The notes beneath the pieces were generated by a model. That model was not told the origin of the DNA. It saw only the letters and a list, made by a program, of their open reading frames with translations, and did no database searches. 64,000 nucleotides of DNA from an uncultured Flavobacteriaceae bacterium (GTDB lineage: Bacteria; Bacteroidota; Bacteroidia; Flavobacteriales; Flavobacteriaceae), in the NCBI GenBank assembly GCA_947311635.1, contig CAMZLD010000056.1, positions 365 through 64,364 on the forward strand. The letters are read 5' to 3'. Shown here one piece after another: positions 46,982 through 56,651 of this stretch. The number at the start of each line of letters is the position of its first letter. Within the stretch, counting starts at the first letter, position 1. The translations under genes and the position numbers were made by a program.

Positions 46982-47644
46982 ATGAGCGGGTTTTTTAAAT
47001 CTTCAATAGGCAGAAAAGTAGCCATGGCACTTTCTGCATTTTTCTTAATATTTTTCTTGTTAATGCATGTATCTATAAACCTTTTGTCGGTTTTTAGTAA
47101 AGATGCTTTCAACACCGCTTCTCATTTTATGGGAACCAACCCTTTAATTCAGTTTGTTATGCAACCTGTTTTAATTTTAGGCGTTGTTTTTCATTTTGTA
47201 ATGGGTTTTGTGTTAGAATTGAAAAATAAAAAAGCACAAGGCGTACCATATGTAAAAAACAATGGTGCTGCCAATTCTACTTGGATGAGTAGAAACATGA
47301 TTTATTCTGGTTTGGCTATCTTGGCTTTTATTGTATTGCATTTTATCGATTTTTGGATTCCAGAGATTAACCATAAATATATAGCTGTTTTGCCAGAAGA
47401 CCCAACAAGGTATTTTGGTGAGTTACACCATAAATTTGAAAACCCTTTAAGAGTTGGTGCCTATGTACTTGCATTTGTGTTTTTGGCATTGCATTTATTA
47501 CATGGATTTCAATCGGCATTTCAATCTATGGGTGTCAATAATAAATATTCTGAAAGAATTAAAAAATGCGCTAAGGGCTATTCTATACTAGTACCTGCAC
47601 TTTTTATTTTCATAGCACTTTTTCATTTTTTTACTAATCACTAA
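46982..47644 (+). CDS. sdhC: succinate dehydrogenase/fumarate reductase cytochrome b subunit (b558 type)
   Basis: 220 aa with five TM helices carrying conserved His residues. It sits directly upstream of the flavoprotein subunit. Confidence 0.85.
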   Translation: MSGFFKSSIGRKVAMALSAFFLIFFLLMHVSINLLSVFSKDAFNTASHFMGTNPLIQFVMQPVLILGVVFHFVMGFVLELKNKKAQGVPYVKNNGAANSTWMSRNMIYSGLAILAFIVLHFIDFWIPEINHKYIAVLPEDPTRYFGELHHKFENPLRVGAYVLAFVFLALHLLHGFQSAFQSMGVNNKYSERIKKCAKGYSILVPALFIFIALFHFFTNH

Positions 47645-47649
47645 GAAAT

Positions 47650-49665
47650 ATGGCAACATTAGATTCTAAAGTCCCAAAAGGTCCTTTAAAAGACAAATGG
47701 ACAACTTATAAAGATAAAATTAACTTGGTAAATCCAGCCAATAAACGTCATATAGACATCATTGTAATTGGTACAGGTTTGGCAGGAGGTTCTGCAGCTG
47801 CAACTTTAGCAGAATTAGGCTATAATGTAAAAGCATTTGCTTATCAAGATTCACCAAGACGTGCACATTCTATTGCAGCGCAAGGAGGCATTAATGCCGC
47901 CAAAAACTATCAAGGAGATGGAGATTCTAACTACCGCTTATTTTACGATACCGTAAAAGGAGGTGATTATAGATCAAGAGAAGCTAACGTGTATCGTTTG
48001 GCAGAGGTTTCGGGAAATATCATTGATCAATGTGTAGCACAAGGAGTCCCTTTTGCACGTGATTATGGAGGATTACTTGACAATCGTTCGTTTGGTGGTG
48101 TATTGGTTTCAAGAACATTTTATGCCAAAGGACAAACAGGACAACAATTATTGTTAGGAGCATATTCTGCAATGAACCGTCAAATTGCACGTGGAAAAAT
48201 TACCATGCACAACCGACATGAAATGTTAGATGTTGTGATTGTTGATGGAAAAGCAAGAGGTATCATTGCCCGTAATTTAATTACCGGTGAAATAGAAAGA
48301 CATTCTGCACACGCTGTAGTTGTTGCTTCTGGTGGTTACGGAAACGTTTATTTTTTATCAACAAACGCTATGGGTTCTAATGCCACTGCTGCTTGGAAAA
48401 TTCATAAAAAAGGAGCTTATTTTGCAAATCCTTGTTATACGCAAATTCACCCAACATGTATTCCAAGAAGTGGAGACTATCAATCTAAATTAACTTTGAT
48501 GTCAGAATCATTACGAAATGATGGTCGTATTTGGGTGCCAAAAAGCATGGAAGATGTGATGGCTATTAGAGAAGGAAGCAAAAAACCAACCGATTTGTCA
48601 GAAGAAGAACGCGATTATTACCTAGAACGCCGTTATCCTGCCTTCGGAAATTTGGTGCCGCGTGATGTAGCTTCAAGAGCAGCAAAAGAACGTTGTGATG
48701 TGGGTTATGGAGTAAATGCTACAGGCGAAGCAGTATATTTAGATTTTAAATCTGCAATAAATAGATATGGAAAAGAACAAGCTTTATTACATGGTGATAG
48801 AAACCCTTCAGAAGCAAAAATTATAGAATTAGGGGAAAAAGTTATCGAAGAAAAATACGGAAACTTATTTCAGATGTATGAAAAGATTGTTGATGAAAAT
48901 CCATATAAAACACCAATGATGATTTATCCTGCAACGCATTACACAATGGGTGGTGTTTGGGTTGATTATAATTTAATGACTACCGTACCTGGTTTGTATT
49001 GTATTGGAGAAGCAAACTTTTCAGATCATGGCGCAAACCGTTTAGGAGCATCTGCATTAATGCAAGGTTTAGCAGATGGTTACTTTGTGCTGCCTTATAC
49101 TATTGGTGATTATTTAGCTGACGATATTAGAACAGGAGAAATTTCAACAGATACTGCTGAATTTGAACAAGCAGAAAAAGCCGTAAAAGAACGCTTAGAT
49201 TTCTTTATCAATAATAAAGGAACTCATTCTGTAGATTATTTCCATAAGAAACTTGGAAAAGTAATGTGGGACAAAGTAGGGATGGCACGTAATGAAAAAC
49301 ATTTAAAAGAAGCCATTTCTGAAATTAAAGAAATAAGAGAAGATTTTTGGAAAAATGTAAAAGTGCCAGGAACTTTAAATGAATTTAATCAAGAATTAGA
49401 AAAAGCAGGAAGAGTAGCAGACTTTTTAGAATTAGGCGAGTTATTTGCCTTAGATGCTTTAAATCGTAAAGAATCTTGTGGAGGTCATTTTAGAGAAGAA
49501 TCTGTAGAACAAGATGGCCCTCAAAAAGGAGAAGCTTTACGCGATGATGTAAATTATAAATATGTTGCTGCATGGGAATACAAAGGAGAACCAAGCGAAG
49601 CAATATTACATAAAGAAGAGTTAGAATTTAACGATATAGAGTTAAAAACGAGGAGTTATAAGTAG
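47650..49665 (+). CDS. sdhA: succinate dehydrogenase/fumarate reductase flavoprotein subunit
   Basis: FAD dinucleotide fold ([13 protein letters not shown]), the covalent-FAD His region ([14 protein letters not shown]) and HYTMGG; 671 aa. Confidence 0.95.
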   Translation: MATLDSKVPKGPLKDKWTTYKDKINLVNPANKRHIDIIVIGTGLAGGSAAATLAELGYNVKAFAYQDSPRRAHSIAAQGGINAAKNYQGDGDSNYRLFYDTVKGGDYRSREANVYRLAEVSGNIIDQCVAQGVPFARDYGGLLDNRSFGGVLVSRTFYAKGQTGQQLLLGAYSAMNRQIARGKITMHNRHEMLDVVIVDGKARGIIARNLITGEIERHSAHAVVVASGGYGNVYFLSTNAMGSNATAAWKIHKKGAYFANPCYTQIHPTCIPRSGDYQSKLTLMSESLRNDGRIWVPKSMEDVMAIREGSKKPTDLSEEERDYYLERRYPAFGNLVPRDVASRAAKERCDVGYGVNATGEAVYLDFKSAINRYGKEQALLHGDRNPSEAKIIELGEKVIEEKYGNLFQMYEKIVDENPYKTPMMIYPATHYTMGGVWVDYNLMTTVPGLYCIGEANFSDHGANRLGASALMQGLADGYFVLPYTIGDYLADDIRTGEISTDTAEFEQAEKAVKERLDFFINNKGTHSVDYFHKKLGKVMWDKVGMARNEKHLKEAISEIKEIREDFWKNVKVPGTLNEFNQELEKAGRVADFLELGELFALDALNRKESCGGHFREESVEQDGPQKGEALRDDVNYKYVAAWEYKGEPSEAILHKEELEFNDIELKTRSYK

Positions 49666-49780
49666 GTTAAAGAGAAGAGAGAAATCAACCAAGAAAACAG
49701 ACAAGTTGAAGTTTCATATTTGAAAGGTTAAGTCTTTTTTCTACTCTCTATATTCTTTTTTCTAATAAAAATTAAAAATT

Positions 49781-50524
49781 ATGAATCTTACACTAAAAAT
49801 CTGGAGACAAAAAGGACCAAATGATAAAGGTCAGATGGTTGATTATAAAGTAACTGATATTTCAGAGCACATGTCATTTCTAGAAATGATGGATGTATTG
49901 AATGAGCAATTAGTAAACGCTGGTGAAGAACCTGTTGCTTTTGATCATGATTGTAGAGAAGGAATCTGTGGTATGTGCTCTATGTACATTAACGGTGAAG
50001 CACATGGTCCAGACAGAGGCATTACAACATGTCAGTTACACATGCGTATGTTTAAAGACGGTGATACGATTACTATTGAACCATTTAGAGCTAATGCTTT
50101 TCCTGTAATCAAAGATTTAGTGGTAGATAGAATGGCATTTGAACGCATTCAGCAAGCAGGAGGTTTTATTAGTGTTAACACCTCTGGTAATACGCAAGAT
50201 GCCAATTCTATTCCTATTTCTAAACACGCAGCAGACCAAGCTATGGATGCCGCTACATGTATTGGTTGTGGTGCATGTGTTGCAACCTGTAAAAATTCTA
50301 GTGCCATGTTATTTGTATCTGCCAAAGTAAGTCAATATGCCTTGTTGCCTCAAGGGCAAGTAGAAGCTACAGACAGAGTTTTAAACATGGTAGCACAAAT
50401 GGATTTAGAAGGCTTCGGAAATTGTACCAATACGGGCGCTTGCGAGATTGAATGTCCTAAAGGAATTTCTTTAGAAAACATTGCACGTATGAATCGTGAA
50501 TTGATGAAAGCAAGTGTAAAGTAA
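49781..50524 (+). CDS. sdhB: succinate dehydrogenase/fumarate reductase iron-sulfur subunit
   Basis: 2Fe-2S (CREGICGMC), 4Fe-4S ([11 protein letters not shown]) and 3Fe-4S ([12 protein letters not shown]) Cys clusters. Confidence 0.95.
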   Translation: MNLTLKIWRQKGPNDKGQMVDYKVTDISEHMSFLEMMDVLNEQLVNAGEEPVAFDHDCREGICGMCSMYINGEAHGPDRGITTCQLHMRMFKDGDTITIEPFRANAFPVIKDLVVDRMAFERIQQAGGFISVNTSGNTQDANSIPISKHAADQAMDAATCIGCGACVATCKNSSAMLFVSAKVSQYALLPQGQVEATDRVLNMVAQMDLEGFGNCTNTGACEIECPKGISLENIARMNRELMKASVK

Positions 50525-50547
50525 TTTTTCATTATAAAACAAAAAAA

Positions 50548-50576
50548 CCAAACACTTGTGTTTGGGTTTTTTGTTT
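50548..50576. terminator. intrinsic terminator between convergent sdhB and S46 peptidase genes
   Basis: CCAAACA-CTTG-TGTTTGG stem followed by GTTTTTTGTTTT, with an A-run on the other side. Confidence 0.65.
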
Positions 50577-50581
50577 TAATT

Positions 50582-52732
50582 TTATTTTTTTGGGTGAACC
50601 AGCGTCATTTCATCAATAAGTCTTTTTGCGCCAGCATATTTATCGACAATAAAAAGGACATAACGTATATCTACCATGATGTTTCGGCAAATTTCTGGAT
50701 CATAATTCATGTCACTCATGGTACCTTCCCAGACACGATCAAAATTGAGACCTACTAAATTTCCGTAGGCATCAATAGCAGGAGACCCAGAGTTACCACC
50801 TGTGGTGTGATTTGTACCTAAAAAGCAAACAGGTATTTTACCATTTTTATCGGCATATTGTCCGTAATCTTTAGCTTTATACAAATCACGTAATTTTTTT
50901 GGCACATCAAATTCATAATCGCCAGGGACATATTTTTCTATTACACCATCTAAATAACTTACCGGGTTGTAATAAACAGCATCTCTTGGAGAATATCCAT
51001 GAACTTGACCGTAAGTAACACGTAAAGTACTATTTGCATCAGGAAAATAACGAGCATTTGGCAGCGCTTCCATTAAAGCAGTCATGTATTTTGCTTGTAA
51101 TGTGTTGATGGCGTTATTTTTTGTTTGATATGCTGGGTTTATCTTGTTATAAAATTCTGCAATTAAAGGTTTTGCGTATTTATAGGCAGCATCTTGGTTT
51201 AGATTTCTTATAATTTGATCTGCAGTTCCATCTAGTAATTTTAATGATTTGTCTAAGCTGGTAAAAGCAGTAAGGTTATAGATTGATGCATCAATATTAG
51301 AGGTATATAACGGCATGATGTTATTAAAAACACTTTTATCAACAGAGACGTCATAATTTTTATGGATTCCTTTTAAACGTCCAATGAATGAAGTTTTAGC
51401 CTTTTCAAAATTTGAAGGATTTTTAGTAATTGCTTGTTCCATTTGATAAGCTCTAAAGCACATTTGCATAAGCTCATTGTTAACTAAAAAGACTTCTATA
51501 AAGTTTCTACGTTTAATATTTATAGATGAAAAATCGGAATATAATTGTTTAAATTGAGGTAAGATATTACCGTATTTATTTTCAAGACCTTTTTCTTTTA
51601 ATGCTTTGGTAAACGTTGCTTCAAAAGCGCGTCTTTTTGCAACGGCATTACTTTTTTCTATGCCTAAATTTTCGCCAATCCATTTTTTCCAATAATTGGC
51701 AATTCGTGCTTGTTTTGAAGCATATTTAATTCGAATAGCATCACTTGTTTTCATCTTAGCATCAATCACTTTTAATGCAGCTGCTCTTATAGCTATATTA
51801 CTTGGATTAAATTGTTTTGTAATGTGTTCTATTGCTACTGCAGGCAAATATTCATTTGTTCTTCCAGGAAAGCCAAAGACAAGTGTAAAATCACCTTCTT
51901 CAATACCATCTAAAGAAACAGGTAAATAATGTTTTGGTGTGTACGGCACATTGTCTTTACTGTAAGCTGCGGGTTTGTTATTTTTATCAGCATAAATACG
52001 AAACATACTAAAATCACCTGTATGTCTTGGAAAAACCCAATTATCAGTATCATTTCCGAATTTTCCAATGCTAGAAGGTGGTGCGCCAACTAAGCGAATA
52101 TCTTCAAAAAGTTCTGTTACAAACAAAAAGTATTGGTTGCCTTTGTAAAAAGCTTTTACCTTGGTGTCTTGCCATGCTTCTTTTACAATACTTTTTTGGG
52201 CAGCATTTGTATTTTTAGTTATTTGAGATTGTTTTTGGGCTTCGGTCATGTTGTCTGTAATACCCATAAAAGCTTGTTTTGTAATGTCTTCTATGCGCAC
52301 AATAAATTCTATAAACAACCCTTCGTTTGGTAGTTCGTCTTCTAGATTCATTGCCCAAAAGCCATCTTTTAAATAATCGTTTTCTAAAGAAGAATGCGAT
52401 TGAATTTGGCTAAATCCACAATGATGATTGGTTAATACCAAACCTTGATTAGAAATGATTTCGCTGGTACAACCGCCATTAAAATGCCCAATGGCATCTT
52501 TTAAGCTAGAATGGTTAACATCATAAATGTCTTTGGCAGTTAGTTTACTACCTAAATTTATCATTTCGGTTTCGTTCATGCCTTCTAAAAGTGAAGGAAT
52601 CCACATGCCACCTTGCATGGTTTTAAGGTCAATTGGTGAAGATTCTGCTACCGAAGGTGTTATTTTTGTAGTTTTACAAGAAAGTAAGAAGATAGTTAAA
52701 AGTAAAGCGTAGAATTTAAAATTTTTCATCAT
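50582..52732 (-). CDS. S46 family peptidase (dipeptidyl-peptidase 7/11-like)
   Basis: Signal/lipobox LLSC, catalytic His region (GGCTSEIISNQGLVLTNHHCG) and catalytic Ser region (TTGGNSGSPAID). Start at MMKNFKF (52732); the track extends to 52780. Confidence 0.88.
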   Translation of the reverse strand: MMKNFKFYALLLTIFLLSCKTTKITPSVAESSPIDLKTMQGGMWIPSLLEGMNETEMINLGSKLTAKDIYDVNHSSLKDAIGHFNGGCTSEIISNQGLVLTNHHCGFSQIQSHSSLENDYLKDGFWAMNLEDELPNEGLFIEFIVRIEDITKQAFMGITDNMTEAQKQSQITKNTNAAQKSIVKEAWQDTKVKAFYKGNQYFLFVTELFEDIRLVGAPPSSIGKFGNDTDNWVFPRHTGDFSMFRIYADKNNKPAAYSKDNVPYTPKHYLPVSLDGIEEGDFTLVFGFPGRTNEYLPAVAIEHITKQFNPSNIAIRAAALKVIDAKMKTSDAIRIKYASKQARIANYWKKWIGENLGIEKSNAVAKRRAFEATFTKALKEKGLENKYGNILPQFKQLYSDFSSINIKRRNFIEVFLVNNELMQMCFRAYQMEQAITKNPSNFEKAKTSFIGRLKGIHKNYDVSVDKSVFNNIMPLYTSNIDASIYNLTAFTSLDKSLKLLDGTADQIIRNLNQDAAYKYAKPLIAEFYNKINPAYQTKNNAINTLQAKYMTALMEALPNARYFPDANSTLRVTYGQVHGYSPRDAVYYNPVSYLDGVIEKYVPGDYEFDVPKKLRDLYKAKDYGQYADKNGKIPVCFLGTNHTTGGNSGSPAIDAYGNLVGLNFDRVWEGTMSDMNYDPEICRNIMVDIRYVLFIVDKYAGAKRLIDEMTLVHPKK

Positions 52733-52803
52733 AATAAATGGTTTGTTTTCCAAAGGTAAAGAACAACATGTAAAATACATTAAAAAAAGCGTAATTTTAA
52801 ATT

Positions 52804-53568
52804 ATGAAAAACAAATTAGAAGTAGCGATTATTCAATCTGATATTGTTTGGGAAAACCCGATTGAAAACAGAAAAAACTTTACAGATAAGATAACTGCCA
52901 TTTCTTCGGAAATTGACCTCATTGTGTTGCCAGAGATGTTTACTACAGGTTTTACCATGAATGCTTCAAAGTTTTCTGAAACTATGCAAGGTAAAACTGT
53001 TTTATGGATGCAAGAAATGGCATTAAAAAAACAATGTGCCCTAGTAGGAAGTTGTATTATTTATGAAGAAGAAAAGTACTACAATAGGTTGTTTTTTGTA
53101 AAACCATCTGGAAAAATTGCACATTATGACAAACATCATTTATTTACTTTGGCAGGTGAACACAAAGTATATAGTAAAGGTTTAAACCGCCTTTTAGTTG
53201 ATTTTAGAGGATGGAAAATTTGTCCGTTAATTTGTTACGATCTTCGTTTTCCTAGATGGAGTAGAAACACAGTTAATTATGATTTACTTCTTTATATTGC
53301 CAGTTGGCCAAAAGCTAGAATATCTGCGTGGAATACCTTATTAAAAGCACGTGCTATCGAAAATATGACGTATTGTATTGGGGTAAATAGAATAGGCGAA
53401 GATAAGAATGCATACGAGTATTCTGGAAATTCAGTTGCTTTAGATTACTTCGGAAATGAACTAGTAACCACAACAGCGTATAAAGAAGAAATTAGCTTTG
53501 TAACTTTAAATAAAAAAAGCCAAGATACTGCTCGAAATAAGTTTTCTTTTTTAAAAGACCAAGATTAA
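52804..53568 (+). CDS. carbon-nitrogen hydrolase (nitrilase superfamily, omega-amidase YafV-like)
   Basis: Glu (LPEMF), Lys (YDKHHLF) and Cys (ICYDLRFP) catalytic-triad regions; 254 aa. Confidence 0.85.
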   Translation: MKNKLEVAIIQSDIVWENPIENRKNFTDKITAISSEIDLIVLPEMFTTGFTMNASKFSETMQGKTVLWMQEMALKKQCALVGSCIIYEEEKYYNRLFFVKPSGKIAHYDKHHLFTLAGEHKVYSKGLNRLLVDFRGWKICPLICYDLRFPRWSRNTVNYDLLLYIASWPKARISAWNTLLKARAIENMTYCIGVNRIGEDKNAYEYSGNSVALDYFGNELVTTTAYKEEISFVTLNKKSQDTARNKFSFLKDQD

Positions 53569-54434
53569 CCTTTATTCTTATTGGCTAAATAAACACCTAA
53601 AAGAATAATAGCACTGGCAAGCAATTGCCATAAACCAAATATTTCGTCATCAAAAAGCCCCCAAGCCAAGGCAATAATTGGCATTAAATATGTTACCGAA
53701 GATGCAAAAACGGGCGTTGAAATTTGCACCAATTTATTAAACATTATTTTTGCTAATGCTGTTCCAAAAACTGCTAAAATAGCTACATAGATCAATGATT
53801 TTTGAACTGTAGGTTCTTTAAAATCTACAACAGTAAAAAAATTAGAAAATAATAATACGACAAGTGCAGGAATAGAGATTACGACAAAATTACCAACAGC
53901 AATAGCCATTGGCGACATGGTTTGCATGTGTTTTTTAATAATATTTACATTGGCAGCATACATAAGAGTAGCAATCAAAATAAAACTAGCATAGAGATAA
54001 TTATGTGTTGGATTTAATTCTGCACTGAGATAAATAAGAAATACAGTACCAATAAACCCAATAATTATGCTTATAAATTGACGAACACTAGATGCTATTT
54101 TAAAAATTAAAGAACCAATAATAATGGTGTTAATTGGCACCAAAGAATTTAAGATAGAAGCTACAGCACTATCAATTTCTGTTTCTGCGTATGCAAATAA
54201 AAACGCCGGAAAAAATGTGCCGAGCAATGCAGATATGGTAATCCATTTCCATTCGTGCTTTTGAATTTTTGAAATACTTTTAAAGCCTATTAAAAGTAAA
54301 AAAACGGTAGTGAATAAAATTCGTAAAGCACCTAATTGTAAAGGAGTTAATCCTATTAAGGATTTTTTAATTAAGATAAAAGAACTTCCCCAAATAAGAG
54401 AAAGTACAATAAGATATAACCACTTTTTTTGCAT
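53565..54434 (-). CDS. DMT-superfamily (EamA) transporter
   Basis: 289 aa with ten hydrophobic helices arranged as two EamA-like halves. Confidence 0.8.
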   Translation of the reverse strand: MQKKWLYLIVLSLIWGSSFILIKKSLIGLTPLQLGALRILFTTVFLLLIGFKSISKIQKHEWKWITISALLGTFFPAFLFAYAETEIDSAVASILNSLVPINTIIIGSLIFKIASSVRQFISIIIGFIGTVFLIYLSAELNPTHNYLYASFILIATLMYAANVNIIKKHMQTMSPMAIAVGNFVVISIPALVVLLFSNFFTVVDFKEPTVQKSLIYVAILAVFGTALAKIMFNKLVQISTPVFASSVTYLMPIIALAWGLFDDEIFGLWQLLASAIILLGVYLANKNKG

Positions 54435-54527
54435 TGTCTAGATTGTCATTTTGAAATGCAAAAGTCTTGATAATTTTCGGTTTCTACACAAAAACAGCGT
54501 AAATTTGTAACTTAATTTATTTGAAAT

Positions 54528-54896
54528 ATGAAAACATTAAAACTCTTTTTACTAATACTTACATTTGGTTTAACTACAATTTCATGTTCAAAAGAAAAAG
54601 CTCCAAAATTAAAAACCGTTGAGGTTATGATTGAAGGAATGACTTGCGAACAGGGCTGTGCACGCTTAATTAGATCTAAAGTTGCTAAAGAAGTAGGCGT
54701 ACAATATGCTGCTGTAAGTTTTAAAGCCAAAAAAGGTGTTTTTACGTATGATGCTTCTAAAACATCAAAAGAAAACATTATTAAAAAGATTAACAGTATT
54801 GCTGATGGTTCTCTTTATAAAGTTGTTTCTCAAAAAGAGTTAGACACTATTTATACTAAAAACCAATCATTTAAAAAAGCGCCCCCTGTTGACTAA
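54528..54896 (+). CDS. heavy-metal-associated (HMA) domain lipoprotein
   Basis: Lipobox TISC and an HMA metal-binding loop IEGMTCEQGCA (MxCxxC) in a ~65-aa ferredoxin-like domain. Confidence 0.8.
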   Translation: MKTLKLFLLILTFGLTTISCSKEKAPKLKTVEVMIEGMTCEQGCARLIRSKVAKEVGVQYAAVSFKAKKGVFTYDASKTSKENIIKKINSIADGSLYKVVSQKELDTIYTKNQSFKKAPPVD

Positions 54897-55049
54897 CCCG
54901 CATAATTCACAGTACTAATAATATTAAAAACGTTCTCTTCATTTCTAAAAATTCCGTCATTAGGAGTATTCATTATTTCAGGGTTTAACCCCTATACTGA
55001 CACCTCTTGTCTATCCCAAAAATTTATTTAAGATGGAATTGTTTTAAAA

Positions 55050-55622
55050 CTATTTATTTATAATTTTTGCAGCTACTTTTTCTAGTTCTACATACCAGTC
55101 TTCTCCAAATTTTCGAATAAGCGCTTGCTTAACAAATTTATAAACAGGTACTTGTAATTCTTTACCTAAAGTACAAGCGTCATCACAAATCTCCCAACGG
55201 TTATAATTAACCGCAGAAAACGCTGTATAGTTATGTACTCTAATTGGGTATAAATGACAAGAAACAGGTTTTTTCCATTGGACTTCGCCTTGATTGTAAG
55301 CTTCTTCTATTGCACACAAAGCAACATTATTTTCATCAAAAATAACATACGCACAATCTTTATTATCTATCAAGGTTGTTTCGTGTTCTCCGTCTTCATT
55401 TGTTGTAAAAACGCCTTGCTTTTCTATAGCTTCTATACCTTCTTTTCGAAGGAAAGGTTTTACCTTAGGGTAAATATCTTTCATTATCTGAAGCTCACTT
55501 TCTTCTAAGGGCGCCCCTGCATCGCCATCAATACAACATGCACCTTTACATGCCGACAAGTTGCAAACAAAATCTGAACTAATTATGTCTTCTGAAACTA
55601 TCGTTTTTCTTAACTGAAACAT
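55050..55622 (-). CDS. DUF3109 family protein
   Basis: 190 aa with N-terminal IVSEDI....FVCNLSACKGACCI.GD.GAPL..EE, a Cys-rich pattern recalled from DUF3109. Confidence 0.7.
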   Translation of the reverse strand: MFQLRKTIVSEDIISSDFVCNLSACKGACCIDGDAGAPLEESELQIMKDIYPKVKPFLRKEGIEAIEKQGVFTTNEDGEHETTLIDNKDCAYVIFDENNVALCAIEEAYNQGEVQWKKPVSCHLYPIRVHNYTAFSAVNYNRWEICDDACTLGKELQVPVYKFVKQALIRKFGEDWYVELEKVAAKIINK

Positions 55623-55710
55623 CTATTAAATTTTCGGTAAATTTACATAAATATAACATTGCAATGTCATAGCTTTTTATACATTTGCCAACAATTTTAA
55701 AATCAGCATC

Positions 55711-56301
55711 ATGGAATTTAATTTTAAACAGATATTTACGGCCTTTATGATCCTATTTGCTGTAATTGACATTATAGGTAATATTCCTATTATTATAGAT
55801 TTACGTAAAAAGGCAGGGCATATTCAATCAGAAAAAGCATCTTTGATTGCTGGTATTATTATGATTGTCTTCTTGTTTTTAGGACAAAGTTTGTTATCCC
55901 TAATTGGTATTGATGTCCATTCTTTTGCTGTTGCTGGTTCTTTTATCTTGTTTATTATTGCCATTGAAATGATTTTGGGTGTTACACTTTTTAAAGAAGA
56001 TGAAGATGATGCGTTAACAGCTTCTGTTTTTCCTTTGGCTTTTCCGCTTATTGCTGGTCCGGGAAGTTTAACAACATTACTTTCTTTAAGAGCAGAATTT
56101 CATATAGAAAACATTATCATAGCGGTATTATTAAATGTACTTTTAATTTATATTGTTTTAAAGGCATCTTCAAAAATTGAACGTATGATTGGTGCAAATG
56201 GCATTAAAATCATTAGAAAAGTTTTTGGTGTTATTTTACTTGCTATTGCTATCAAGCTTTTTAGTCATAATATTTTAAAATTATTTGAAGTTGTTTCTTA
56301 A
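55711..56301 (+). CDS. MarC family (UPF0056) membrane protein
   Basis: 196 aa with six TM helices and the N-terminal F..LFAV.D.IGN.P pattern typical of MarC. Confidence 0.8.
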   Translation: MEFNFKQIFTAFMILFAVIDIIGNIPIIIDLRKKAGHIQSEKASLIAGIIMIVFLFLGQSLLSLIGIDVHSFAVAGSFILFIIAIEMILGVTLFKEDEDDALTASVFPLAFPLIAGPGSLTTLLSLRAEFHIENIIIAVLLNVLLIYIVLKASSKIERMIGANGIKIIRKVFGVILLAIAIKLFSHNILKLFEVVS

Positions 56302-56651
56302 TAATTATTTAGTAGTGTCCGTCTAAATACTTAAGACCGTTTCACTATTAAACGAAAGATAAAAGACTTGATTGTAACGATACGATAAACAGTTATTTGA
56401 AAATTATAGTTATTGATAGATAACATAAAATTTAAAAAACAGAAAAAGCAAGGTGTCTATTTAAAAAAGCTCTTAGAACCTCTATTAAGCATAACTTTTT
56501 AGAGTTTTTATAAGTATTAATCGGACAACATTGTAATTTATAAAGTAAAATCGTTTCATTTTTAGACAAATGTCTTGATTCCAACTACACAAAAGGCAAT
56601 CTTATATGAAGAGTGCAATGTAGAGAATTAAAAGATTAAGAAACTAGAAAT

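Noticed and set aside
49666-49731. In-frame continuation after the sdhA TAG (VKEKREINQENRQVEVSYLKG) as a stop-codon read-through extension
   Set aside because: It is short, has no conservation evidence available to me, and the sdhA C-terminus already looks complete. It is more likely untranslated spacer.
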